From a virus (taxonomy: Duplodnaviria; Caudoviricetes), in IMG/VR virus record IMGVR_UViG_2786546905_000002, positions 15,455-79,454 of that record: a DNA stretch of 64,000 nucleotides; one strand, 5' to 3'. Positions within the stretch are counted from its first letter, which is position 1. Each line of letters opens with the position of its first letter. The position numbers and the translations under genes were made by a program. This document shows, piece after piece, positions 1 through 8,273 of the stretch. Below the pieces are notes generated by a model. The model searched no databases. It saw only the letters and a program-made list of their open reading frames with translations, and was not told the origin of the DNA.

Positions 1-3000
1 AAGTTCTCAGACGACGGTACCGCGAAGAATGAAACCCTACCGTACTTTGAAGATCTGCTATTCGATTCTGTCATGGTGGATGAGGCTCACGACTTCCGTA
101 ACTCGTACAAAGGCGGCTCATATCGTAACAACCTGGCATTCCTGCCAAGCCAAGCGCAAGCAAACCGCGCTATCGATATGCAGCTTAAAAACAACTTGGT
201 GAAAGCACGTAATGACGGCAACGGGATCTACTTCCTGACGGCTACACCTACGGTTAACTCACCGGTTGATATGTTCAATATGCTGTCTCACATCGTACCG
301 GCTGAAACGTTCGCCAAGATGGGTATTTTCGATTCCGACGACTTTATCCGTATGTTTGGTAAGACTGGTGAAGCTCTGGTAACTAAGCTCTCTGGTGAAG
401 TGGAAAGCAAAGAGGCCTTGCTGGGTTTCCAGAACCTCGACGCGCTGCGTAACATCGTTAACCGATACATGACGATGGAAGATGCCAAGAGTGTTGGTGC
501 AGAGGTCCACATTCCCGATCTCATTGCAGCCACCAGCAAAGTGCAAATGAACGATGAGCAAGAAGCCCTGTATGAAGAGCTGCGCCATCGTGCTGACGCT
601 ATCTCAAACCCTGACGAGCCAGAGAACCAAGAGATTGTCGAACAGTACCCAAATGACACTGTTTTCGGCCTTATCCGTAAAATGGATAAAGTCTCAACCG
701 ACTTGGACCTTTACCACGAACGTGTAACTTATCGTTTCAGCAAAACCAAAATGAATGACGTGCAGGCCGCGCTCGATGCGCTACCAAGTACCGTTACTAT
801 CTTGGTGGAAGAAGTCACAGACAGCGGTGAAGTAAAGTTCAAGAAAAAAGCCGTCAAACTTGAGAAAGAGATCGTTGTTGAGGGTAAGCACGCGGTTGTT
901 CGTCTGCGCCAAGAGTTTGCAGATCAGTTCGTTGATATGCTCGACAAGGGCAAAATCAAATACTCACACCCAGTGTCACCTAAGTACGCCAAGTTCTTAG
1001 ACAAGGCCAAAGAAGTGTACATGGCTGGCGGTAAACAACTGGTATTCAGTGAAGAAAAGAGCCAACACAAAAAGCTCGCCAAGATCATTGCAGACCATAC
1101 CGGTTGTAAGATGAGTGAAATTGGCATTCTGAACAGTGACACCGTAGCCGGTAAGAAAGGTTCAAAGGCGTCCGAAGATGATCAGGAAGCTGGCTTAGAA
1201 GCGATGGCCAAGAGCTATAACACCAGCAAGTACAAGTTTATGATCCTCAACAAAAAGGGCGAAGTCGGTATTAACTTGCATCATGGTACCACTGACATTC
1301 ATCACCTAACCTTGCCTTGGACGCCGATGAGCATCACCCAGCGTAATGGCCGCGGTGCGCGTGTTGGTTCTAAGCAAGCAAGCGTGAACGTTCACTACTA
1401 CACATCCAAAGGCAGCTTTGATGACTTCCGTCTGGCCACTATCACACGTAAGGCGAACTGGATTGAAACCATGTTCAAAGGTGATGAGAAATTTGTTGCG
1501 AACGCTGACGCGGATAGCTCTGGTGAAACGGCGATCATGCTGGCAGCTGATCCAGAAGAAGCCAAGCGCCGCATTGAAGCGAGCAAACGAGAAGCTGAAC
1601 GCAAGCAGAAAGCCGAGAAAGTGCGTCAAACTTCAATCAGCATGAATAAGTTCATTCACGCAACGAACCAGCTGAATGTTGACCTTGATGAAATCAGTAG
1701 CGAGATCACCGAGCTGGAAAGCAAGCTTGAAGAGCAAGCGGAGAAAGTCGAAAAAACCAGAGCAAACGCTGACGGTGCGAAAAGTAACTCGTATGAGTAC
1801 CGACAATATACCCGCGCCAAGTCTGACCATCACGAAACTCAAAAGCGTCTGACTACGCTAAACCGAGCTCGCGACAACCAGAAGAAAGCCGCAAATACTC
1901 TTAAGAAGCTCACGCCATCTATTCAGAACGAAATCAATGAGGGCAACCTAAAAGATTACCCTGACTTTTTGACGCACCCAGAGCTTTACCTAGTGAAGAA
2001 CGGCAAGATTGTTCGCCAAGGTTACACCTACAAAGTGAAAACCAAAGAGCGCTCTTGGGATCTCGACTACGTGAACGATAGCATTATGACTATTCAAAAA
2101 TTGGATCGTAAGTCTGGTACCGTGAACGGCCTACTGGTGGAAGAGAACGGGAAAGAAGTTAGCCGAGGTAATAACGCGCACCCAATTGAGCAAGTCTTTG
2201 AACTGGCCAACGTGGACCAATCTCGCGCTGAACTCGAAGCAAAAGCACTAACCGGTGTATCACTGGCTGATACCTGCAAAGTGTTTGACCGTGAAACTTA
2301 CTTTGAGCTGGTTGAGGCTGGAAAAATCAAACGCTACGGCTTTGAAAGCAATTGCCTGATTAAAACCGCCGACGGCTACAAAACGCCTTATGGATTTAAG
2401 CACTCTGCAGAAGAGCCGCTTGTTTATCCTGACGCAACCGACAAAGCCGTATTTAAAGGCTTGCTGGCTCAAATTGTGAATGAGTTAGAAAGCAAGGGCC
2501 GCGTACAGCTGAGCTCTTCTATCCTGACTCACTTCCTTGGCCGTAACTGGGAAGAAATGGCCAAAGAGCAAGGTAAGAAAGCCGACGAACAAGACGTAAT
2601 CGAGCGTATCACGCTGGAGATTAAGAAGTTCGAGACGGATAACCAAGCACTCTACAATCAAGCCCTCCTGAAAGCAGAGAGCACCTATCACGGCTCTATT
2701 GAGTTCTTTAAAGCTCTAGAAAAGTACATTGATGATCTGAACTGGAAAGGCTACGTGAACCGTACTGAGATCGTGACATTCAAGCGCCGCCAAATGACGC
2801 GCTATGGTGAAACGTTAAAAGAGCGTTCGGCCCAGCACATTGCAGAACAAGAGTACTTACTGTTTAGCAGCTTCACCAAACTTGTCGCCAGCGACCCAAC
2901 GCGCCCTAAGCGACTGGCAGAGGTTGCCACGGCCATGAAGAAATACAAACCAACGTCTGACCATCACCTCATTAAGGTGGTCGATAGTCTGTACTCTGGT

Positions 3001-3639
3001 GACGTTCAAGAGGCCATGCTGCAGGTGTGTGCTGACCTCCACGCAATTGGCTACAAGTCGTTTGATTCTGGTGATGGCCTGCTGGTGGCTGAAAGCTGGG
3101 ACTTTACTCGCGCCAAGGGCAACTTTGGATCCATGTTCATGGGTTACGGTAGCAGCGGCATCGACCGCCAAACGTTCATTGATAAGTACCTCACTGCAGA
3201 AGCGATGAAGCCAACGCCGGTTGTCGTGACAGAAAAGCAAGCTGAGAAGCTGGAGAACATCGACGGCTTTGACGCTGGCTCTGTTGATACGTTCGCAGAG
3301 GCCGTATCTCAACTAGGCATCGAAGTGAAGACGCTAACGCAAGATATTCCTAAATGGTCATTCCAACGTAATGGCCGTGGTAAGCGCTACGGTGGTCAGC
3401 CAATGGAAGCATTTAAGTTCATTGGCCTTATGAGCAACGAACGCGGCGGCGGCCCACTGAAAGAGCTCCTAGCTGGCAACCGATCATTGAAAGCTGAGCT
3501 CGATGCGAAGTTCATCCCAGCGGGGGCGTTCGTAGAGTATGGCTTTGAGGGTGGCTGGTGGTTCATTAATGCAAGCAGCGACCTAGCCAGCCTAGCCGAT
3601 CAGTTATTTGATACTGCAGGCGTATCAAAAGCGGCGTAA
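1..3639 (+). CDS. darB: DarB-like SF2 helicase/antirestriction protein, 5'-truncated by the window
   Basis: Frame is open from base 1 (KFSDDGTAKNETLPYFEDLLFDSVMVDEAH, Walker B). Also TATPTVNSP, GEVGINL and QRNGRGARVG helicase motifs. Followed by ulx as in P1. Confidence 0.85.
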   Translation, partial: KFSDDGTAKNETLPYFEDLLFDSVMVDEAHDFRNSYKGGSYRNNLAFLPSQAQANRAIDMQLKNNLVKARNDGNGIYFLTATPTVNSPVDMFNMLSHIVPAETFAKMGIFDSDDFIRMFGKTGEALVTKLSGEVESKEALLGFQNLDALRNIVNRYMTMEDAKSVGAEVHIPDLIAATSKVQMNDEQEALYEELRHRADAISNPDEPENQEIVEQYPNDTVFGLIRKMDKVSTDLDLYHERVTYRFSKTKMNDVQAALDALPSTVTILVEEVTDSGEVKFKKKAVKLEKEIVVEGKHAVVRLRQEFADQFVDMLDKGKIKYSHPVSPKYAKFLDKAKEVYMAGGKQLVFSEEKSQHKKLAKIIADHTGCKMSEIGILNSDTVAGKKGSKASEDDQEAGLEAMAKSYNTSKYKFMILNKKGEVGINLHHGTTDIHHLTLPWTPMSITQRNGRGARVGSKQASVNVHYYTSKGSFDDFRLATITRKANWIETMFKGDEKFVANADADSSGETAIMLAADPEEAKRRIEASKREAERKQKAEKVRQTSISMNKFIHATNQLNVDLDEISSEITELESKLEEQAEKVEKTRANADGAKSNSYEYRQYTRAKSDHHETQKRLTTLNRARDNQKKAANTLKKLTPSIQNEINEGNLKDYPDFLTHPELYLVKNGKIVRQGYTYKVKTKERSWDLDYVNDSIMTIQKLDRKSGTVNGLLVEENGKEVSRGNNAHPIEQVFELANVDQSRAELEAKALTGVSLADTCKVFDRETYFELVEAGKIKRYGFESNCLIKTADGYKTPYGFKHSAEEPLVYPDATDKAVFKGLLAQIVNELESKGRVQLSSSILTHFLGRNWEEMAKEQGKKADEQDVIERITLEIKKFETDNQALYNQALLKAESTYHGSIEFFKALEKYIDDLNWKGYVNRTEIVTFKRRQMTRYGETLKERSAQHIAEQEYLLFSSFTKLVASDPTRPKRLAEVATAMKKYKPTSDHHLIKVVDSLYSGDVQEAMLQVCADLHAIGYKSFDSGDGLLVAESWDFTRAKGNFGSMFMGYGSSGIDRQTFIDKYLTAEAMKPTPVVVTEKQAEKLENIDGFDAGSVDTFAEAVSQLGIEVKTLTQDIPKWSFQRNGRGKRYGGQPMEAFKFIGLMSNERGGGPLKELLAGNRSLKAELDAKFIPAGAFVEYGFEGGWWFINASSDLASLADQLFDTAGVSKAA

Positions 3640-3644
3640 CTTAA

Positions 3645-3707
3645 AATTTCGCATGCGAAAATGTGGAGAGATTCGCTAGAATTTCGCATGCGGAAACTTG
3701 GAGAGAA
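3645..3707. repeat. Two copies of the TTTCGCATGCGAAA palindrome (3647-3660; variant 3682-3695) within a ~27-bp direct repeat
   Basis: aatttcgcatgcgaaaatgtggagaga / aatttcgcatgcggaaacttggagaga, 35-bp period. Confidence 0.9.
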
Positions 3708-3709
3708 AA

Positions 3710-4126
3710 ATGATTACTCAAGTACAACTGCCAACACAGGCACAGATAAAGTCATTGGTTGATGAAGCCACCAGCAAGGTAGGCCGTGAGGTTTTCTTGG
3801 AGAATAACCTGCGCGGCATTAAGACGATGTTAGACAGTAACCCTAGTCTGTATCATCACTATGGCCCGTATTGGTGGGCCGTTAAGGGCTTGCTGGTCGC
3901 CAATGGGGTTTTAGATGGCCAAGAAGACGAGCCAATCACACGCGAGCACTTTAAGTTTGATGATCCGATTTATACATTGTGTGCGGCTTGGGCTTACCAC
4001 CAGCATCAAATCGAAAGCATGGTGATTAATACCAACCTGCACTATTTTGACTTGGACGGCGAACCATACGAATATGCACTTGAAGATCTAGAAATGGAAA
4101 CGTGGGCGAAAAGTAGAAAGCGTTAG
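3710..4126 (+). CDS. ulx: Ulx-like protein (Dar system accessory)
   Basis: NPSLYHHYGPYWWAVKGLL, DDPIYTLCAA and EDLEMETWA resemble P1 Ulx; lies directly after darB. ATG 3710 with GGAGAG RBS preferred over TTG 3698. Confidence 0.75.
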   Translation: MITQVQLPTQAQIKSLVDEATSKVGREVFLENNLRGIKTMLDSNPSLYHHYGPYWWAVKGLLVANGVLDGQEDEPITREHFKFDDPIYTLCAAWAYHQHQIESMVINTNLHYFDLDGEPYEYALEDLEMETWAKSRKR

Positions 4127-4130
4127 CCGA

Positions 4131-4146
4131 TTTTCGCATGCGAAAA
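4131..4146. repeat. Perfect 16-bp palindrome TTTTCGCATGCGAAAA
   Basis: Read directly, 4 nt after the ulx stop. Confidence 0.9.
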
Positions 4147-4156
4147 CTGAGCATTA

Positions 4157-4196
4157 AAGGGGGGTGTTTGTGGTGAACAGCCCCCTTGTTTTTTTT
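4157..4196 (+). terminator. Intrinsic terminator after ulx
   Basis: G/C stem aagggggg-tgtt...aaca-gccccctt followed by a T run. Confidence 0.6.
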
Positions 4197-4262
4197 GGTA
4201 AATCTAATTTATCTATTTAGATACAACTACTTAGAGTGGTTTTTAACGTGGTGCAAAAATCA

Positions 4263-4370
4263 CGGTAAATTTGTCACGACTAGGTGTGCTAAGGTAAATC
4301 TGTCACGACTTGAGCGCCAGAGTGATGTTTACGGTAAATTTGTCACGGTTGGGCGGTAGATCTGTCACGA
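4263..4370 (+). repeat. Four copy-control iterons (incC-like) downstream of rep; a fifth at 4591-4606 inside rep
   Basis: (C)GGTA(A/G)AT(C/T)TGTCACG at 4263, 4293, 4332, 4354 and 4591. Confidence 0.9.
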
Positions 4371-4410
4371 TGCGTGTAGCCTGCGCATCCACAGACCACA
4401 CGTTGAAACA

Positions 4411-5313
4411 CTATAAGGCTCTCAATGCTTCGATTGCATCTTCACATAACTGGCCGCCAGATAAAGAAAACTCTGTTAGGTTCTTTTTTAAAACCTGCAG
4501 TTCCTTTTTGGTTACGTCCTCTTTGGCCACCAGCTTGCTATGAATCACTTGAGCTTGCTCTAGTGGCGTCAGCTCTTCCTCGATCACTTTGGTAGATTTG
4601 TCACGAATGATGCTATCCCACTCAAAGTTTATGTATATTTCACCGTTGCGCTTTTCTTCGGTGTATCTCAGCTTAATATCTGTTTTCTTTGCAATGTCCT
4701 CAACCGATGGCTTAAGGAAACGGCGTCTAAAGTCGCTCATACGCTCGTAAGACTTTGGCAAGCAATAACGGTCAATCATCCACTGAACAGTGAACGACAC
4801 GCTATTGCGGCGGTTAGACCATTGCTTGATTGACTCATACAGCCTCATCGAGTGGCCAGAGCCAAGTTCACCAGCGTCACCAATCAGGAACTTAGTAAAA
4901 TCAGATTTCACCTCTGTGATGATGCTTATCAGCTCCGCATTGAAATAGAACGTCGTTACACCACGCTTAGGACGATGAGAGCGCTTAACCATCCAAGTAA
5001 AGCTGTCATAGGCCTTGTCCTCGTCGGTGTCCTCATCAGGAAGATAAAACACAACCTCTTTCCCTTTCATAGCGCTAGCAGCTGCAGCAATCTCTTTGCT
5101 GGCGTTCTCGCTATTGAACAACGAAGCATAACGGTTCGTTTCTATATCGACACTTACATGCCCGAACTCGGTTTTCTTGTAGTCGACGGGATTATCTAGA
5201 AAGTGTTTCAGCGCAATATAAAGGATCCGCTTTTCATTTCTACCAAGGCTATAGGCTGCTGTAGTCAGCGCGTTAGACTGGCGAAGCACATCCTGTTTTG
5301 TGATCTGTGACAT
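4411..5313 (-). CDS. repE: Replication initiator, Rep_3 family, F-plasmid RepE-like
   Basis: QSNALTTAAYSL, GKEVVFYLPDED, MRLYES and LPKSYERMSDFRRRFL match RepE segments; flanked by iterons. Confidence 0.9.
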   Translation of the reverse strand: MSQITKQDVLRQSNALTTAAYSLGRNEKRILYIALKHFLDNPVDYKKTEFGHVSVDIETNRYASLFNSENASKEIAAAASAMKGKEVVFYLPDEDTDEDKAYDSFTWMVKRSHRPKRGVTTFYFNAELISIITEVKSDFTKFLIGDAGELGSGHSMRLYESIKQWSNRRNSVSFTVQWMIDRYCLPKSYERMSDFRRRFLKPSVEDIAKKTDIKLRYTEEKRNGEIYINFEWDSIIRDKSTKVIEEELTPLEQAQVIHSKLVAKEDVTKKELQVLKKNLTEFSLSGGQLCEDAIEALRAL

Positions 5314-5326
5314 ATCTACCTTAAAA

Positions 5327-5355
5327 ATCGTGACAAGTTATTCTGTTGTCACGAT
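5327..5355. promoter_or_regulatory. Rep autoregulatory inverted repeat
   Basis: ATCGTGACAA-N9-TTGTCACGAT just upstream of the rep start. Arms contain the iteron core; same geometry as the F repE operator. Confidence 0.85.
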
Positions 5356-5431
5356 AGTTGGTATTCAGAAACAAAACAACTATTCATTTCAATAATTGAG
5401 AGAATAAATACACACACCAAGGCTATCTTTT

Positions 5432-5543
5432 CGGTAAATCTGTCACGAAATAGCGGTAGATCTGTCACGAATTGGGGTAAATCTGTCACGAAATACGAGG
5501 GTTAACGGTAGATGCGTCACGGCGCACGGTAGAACTGTCACGT
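5432..5543 (+). repeat. Five origin iterons
   Basis: CGGTA(A/G)ATCTGTCACGA-type copies at 5432, 5454, 5476, 5506 and 5527; neighbouring copies mostly 21-22 bp apart. Confidence 0.92.
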
Positions 5544-5544
5544 A

Positions 5545-5685
5545 AAAGTAATGTAAGTCCATGAATGCAATAGCTTTTGCCAACCTAAGAAGATCTTAAG
5601 AAGATCCTAATAAGAGTTAAAAACTATTGTAATAATGAATGTGGGTAAAAGGGATAACTCTATGAGTGGCTTAAAGTTATCCACA
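5545..5685. other. Origin AT-rich/unwinding region with GATC repeats and DnaA boxes
   Basis: TAAGAAGATC x2 (5586, 5597); TGTGGGTAA at 5640-5648 (1 mismatch); perfect TTATCCACA at 5677-5685. Confidence 0.8.
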
Positions 5686-5730
5686 TAATTAAAATCAAAT
5701 GCAACAAGTGAAACGTATTTGATGATTTAT

Positions 5731-5749
5731 AATTGAAATCGTTTCAATT
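5731..5749. promoter_or_regulatory. Palindrome upstream of parA, probable ParA autorepression operator
   Basis: AATTGAAA-TCG-TTTCAATT. Type Ia ParA proteins autoregulate; the function here is inferred. Confidence 0.5.
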
Positions 5750-5792
5750 GGGGTATATATTTATCTCAACCTAAATAAATTGAGAGCATCCC

Positions 5793-7043
5793 ATGCGTGA
5801 ATTAGATCGACTGCAGCAAATCGCGGAAAACATGAAATCTGAGCAATTAACCCATAAAGAACTGATTGCACAGCGTACTCATATCAACGTTTCAGACGAA
5901 GAGATCGACGGTATGGATAGACTTATCTATAACCACTCTCTGAATAAAAAAAGTTTCCGTGAGTTCATGAAACTTGCTCCTGTCACCTTTCAAAATCGCA
6001 TTCAAAAAGAGATTGATGATGGCGTGATTCCAGAGCCGATCTATCAAAATAAACAACACCTGTTTACACGCATGCACATTCAAACCCTAATGGACCACTG
6101 GGGGATGCCGAAATACAGCGACCAGTATGAACCTAGAGCTATTGCGATTGAAAACCAAAAGGGCGGCACTGGAAAATCCTCGACCTCTGCAATACTTGCT
6201 ACAGCTTCGGCTTTAGACTTACAAACCAACGCTAAAGTGTTACTGATTGACCTTGATTCTCAAGGTACGCTGGGCCAAAGCATGATCTCAACGAATGTAG
6301 ACGACGATGCTATCTATCTAACTGCAGTTGATATCGCACTAGGTAAAAAAGAATCAACGGGCGACTACGCGAACCTTGTTCAGAATGGTTACACCGACCG
6401 TGAAATCATTCTGAATGCCCCTTTTAGCACGCATTTACCAAACTTAGACGTGATGCCTGCGTTCAGTACCGATGAACGCTTTCATGACTTATTCTGGCAG
6501 GCCCAGACCGACGAAGAAAAGAACCAGTTGGTGAGTCGCTTTGCGCATGAAGTTATTCCAGTGCTTAAAGAAAAATACGACTTAATCATCATAGATACAC
6601 CACCACAAGAGTCGCCGTTAATTTGGATGGTGAACGAAGCAATTGATTGTTTGCTAGTTCCTATTTCTCCGCGTGAATACGACTTTGCAGCTACCGCGAA
6701 CTATCTTTTGACCACGCACGCACGATTTGAGGGATTACCGTCGAATGGTAATAACTTACTTTGGAGCCGTGTACTTATTGTTAATCATGATGAGAAAAGC
6801 CCGTCCGAACTGGACGTAATCGACAAACTAAGCCGTACAGTTCAAGACCGTTTGCTTTCTACTTACATCGTACATTCTGAATTGGTTGCTGCAGCTGCAG
6901 AACTTAACCGAACCGCATTAGATGTGGCCAAGTCAGAAAAGCTCGTACCGCCTAGAAAGTATGATGATGCAATGACGTCAATTAACTCTGTTTATAAGCA
7001 GTTCATTCGTGAAATTAAATCTATCTCAGTGAGAGGAAAATAA
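5793..7043 (+). CDS. parA: Type Ia ParA partition ATPase with N-terminal extension
   Basis: Deviant Walker A KGGTGKSS, LIDLDSQG, DLIIIDTPP. Confidence 0.95.
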   Translation: MRELDRLQQIAENMKSEQLTHKELIAQRTHINVSDEEIDGMDRLIYNHSLNKKSFREFMKLAPVTFQNRIQKEIDDGVIPEPIYQNKQHLFTRMHIQTLMDHWGMPKYSDQYEPRAIAIENQKGGTGKSSTSAILATASALDLQTNAKVLLIDLDSQGTLGQSMISTNVDDDAIYLTAVDIALGKKESTGDYANLVQNGYTDREIILNAPFSTHLPNLDVMPAFSTDERFHDLFWQAQTDEEKNQLVSRFAHEVIPVLKEKYDLIIIDTPPQESPLIWMVNEAIDCLLVPISPREYDFAATANYLLTTHARFEGLPSNGNNLLWSRVLIVNHDEKSPSELDVIDKLSRTVQDRLLSTYIVHSELVAAAAELNRTALDVAKSEKLVPPRKYDDAMTSINSVYKQFIREIKSISVRGK

Positions 7044-7044
7044 G

Positions 7045-8067
7045 ATGAATCAAAACTGGGACCGTAAAGTTAGTAAGAATCAATTGTTAGGTAAGGCAGG
7101 CTTGAGCACAGTTAGCCAAGGAAACAAACTGTCTACCTCAAAAACCAGCAATATGAAAAGCTATAAGCTTGAGAACGGGGCAGTCGAGGCTATACGCCGC
7201 GTTATACCGGCGTCTGAGGTGGCCGCTAAGACGGCGGTTCACCCTTTGAACCCTCGTAACCAAGAAGCCTTAAACCCCACGTCTGTGGCCAACACGTTGG
7301 CGTCTATCGAGAAAAATGAAATTGATACCGATTGTTTGGGTATTTGGTCAGACGATAATAAAGTCATTCTGATCATTGAGGGCAGCGTTCGCCGTTACTG
7401 TGCGATTGAGGCTCAAAAAGAATACCCTGTTTGGGTACTTCCAGCTGGTAGCGCGACCAACAAAGACATACGTCGTTTAATCAACGATGCCGAAGACGGC
7501 AAGAAACCGCATTCTCTGAGAGAAAAAGGCGGGGCTTACATGAAAGAAGCGTTAGAGCTCAACAAAGACGCTGAGAACTTGAAAGTAGATGATGTGGCCA
7601 AACTTATCGGGGTAGGGCGTGAAACGGTTAGAAAGGCGCTGCAAGCTTACACTCTGGATATTTCGCTATTAAAACTGCTTCCCGATTATGAGGGCGTATC
7701 AGGCGGTATTTACCCTGAACTATCTAAGATTGAAAAGGCCGTTAAGAAAGCCGACATAGCTATGAAAGATTTTGTTGATGCGGTAAAAGCGCACGCTACC
7801 TATCAAGCTGTTTTAGAGAATCAATCCACTGGCTCAGCTCAAAAAGCTGTCGTTAAAGTCATTCAAGATCAGCTCCAAAAGATGACGAACAAACGAACTG
7901 CAAATAAAGCTGAAAATTTTGAATTAGCGTCGTTCTCAGACCGTAATAAATCGGCAAAGATGAAAGTCTCTGCAGACGGTCGAAAACATACCATTGAATT
8001 GAGTCGGATTGAGAAATCCATCGTTGATGACATAGAAAATTTCATCCGAGAAAGGCTGAAACAATAG
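7045..8067 (+). CDS. parB: ParB partition protein (P1/SopB type)
   Basis: IIEGSVRR (variant of the GSRRR patch), HSLREKG, HTH (VAKLIGVGRETVRKAL); coupled to parA. Confidence 0.88.
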   Translation: MNQNWDRKVSKNQLLGKAGLSTVSQGNKLSTSKTSNMKSYKLENGAVEAIRRVIPASEVAAKTAVHPLNPRNQEALNPTSVANTLASIEKNEIDTDCLGIWSDDNKVILIIEGSVRRYCAIEAQKEYPVWVLPAGSATNKDIRRLINDAEDGKKPHSLREKGGAYMKEALELNKDAENLKVDDVAKLIGVGRETVRKALQAYTLDISLLKLLPDYEGVSGGIYPELSKIEKAVKKADIAMKDFVDAVKAHATYQAVLENQSTGSAQKAVVKVIQDQLQKMTNKRTANKAENFELASFSDRNKSAKMKVSADGRKHTIELSRIEKSIVDDIENFIRERLKQ

Positions 8068-8085
8068 CGCTAAAATCACCAAAAG

Positions 8086-8114
8086 AACCATGGCCAAACG
8101 CCATGGTTTTTTTT
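8086..8114 (+). terminator. Intrinsic terminator after parB
   Basis: aaccatggc-caaac-gccatggtt plus T run. Confidence 0.8.
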
Positions 8115-8129
8115 ATTTTTGCACCACAA

Positions 8130-8270
8130 GTTATCCTTGTTTAAGTTGTTGTTTTATTTGGTTAAAGTCAGATTTCCCAAAAAAAACAACGGGGTTGTTT
8201 TTTTGGGGAACAAGGGTAGGCGGCAAAAAAACAATAGGGTTGTTCACCACAAAAATCCCCCTTGCTTTGG
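8130..8270. other. Candidate centromere (parS) region
   Basis: Downstream of parB. IHF-like site at 8142-8154 (1 mismatch), long inverted repeat 8176-8207, related AACAATAGGGTTGTT at 8230-8244. Confidence 0.35.
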
Positions 8271-8273
8271 TCC

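Noticed and set aside
3645-3707. Direct repeats as a mini-CRISPR array
   Set aside because: Only two imperfect copies with an 8-nt gap; no spacer-length unique sequence and no cas genes.
7366-7395. ParB arginine patch reads GSVRR instead of GSRRR
   Set aside because: A single substitution with two Arg retained; inactivity cannot be claimed without alignment or a CTPase assay.
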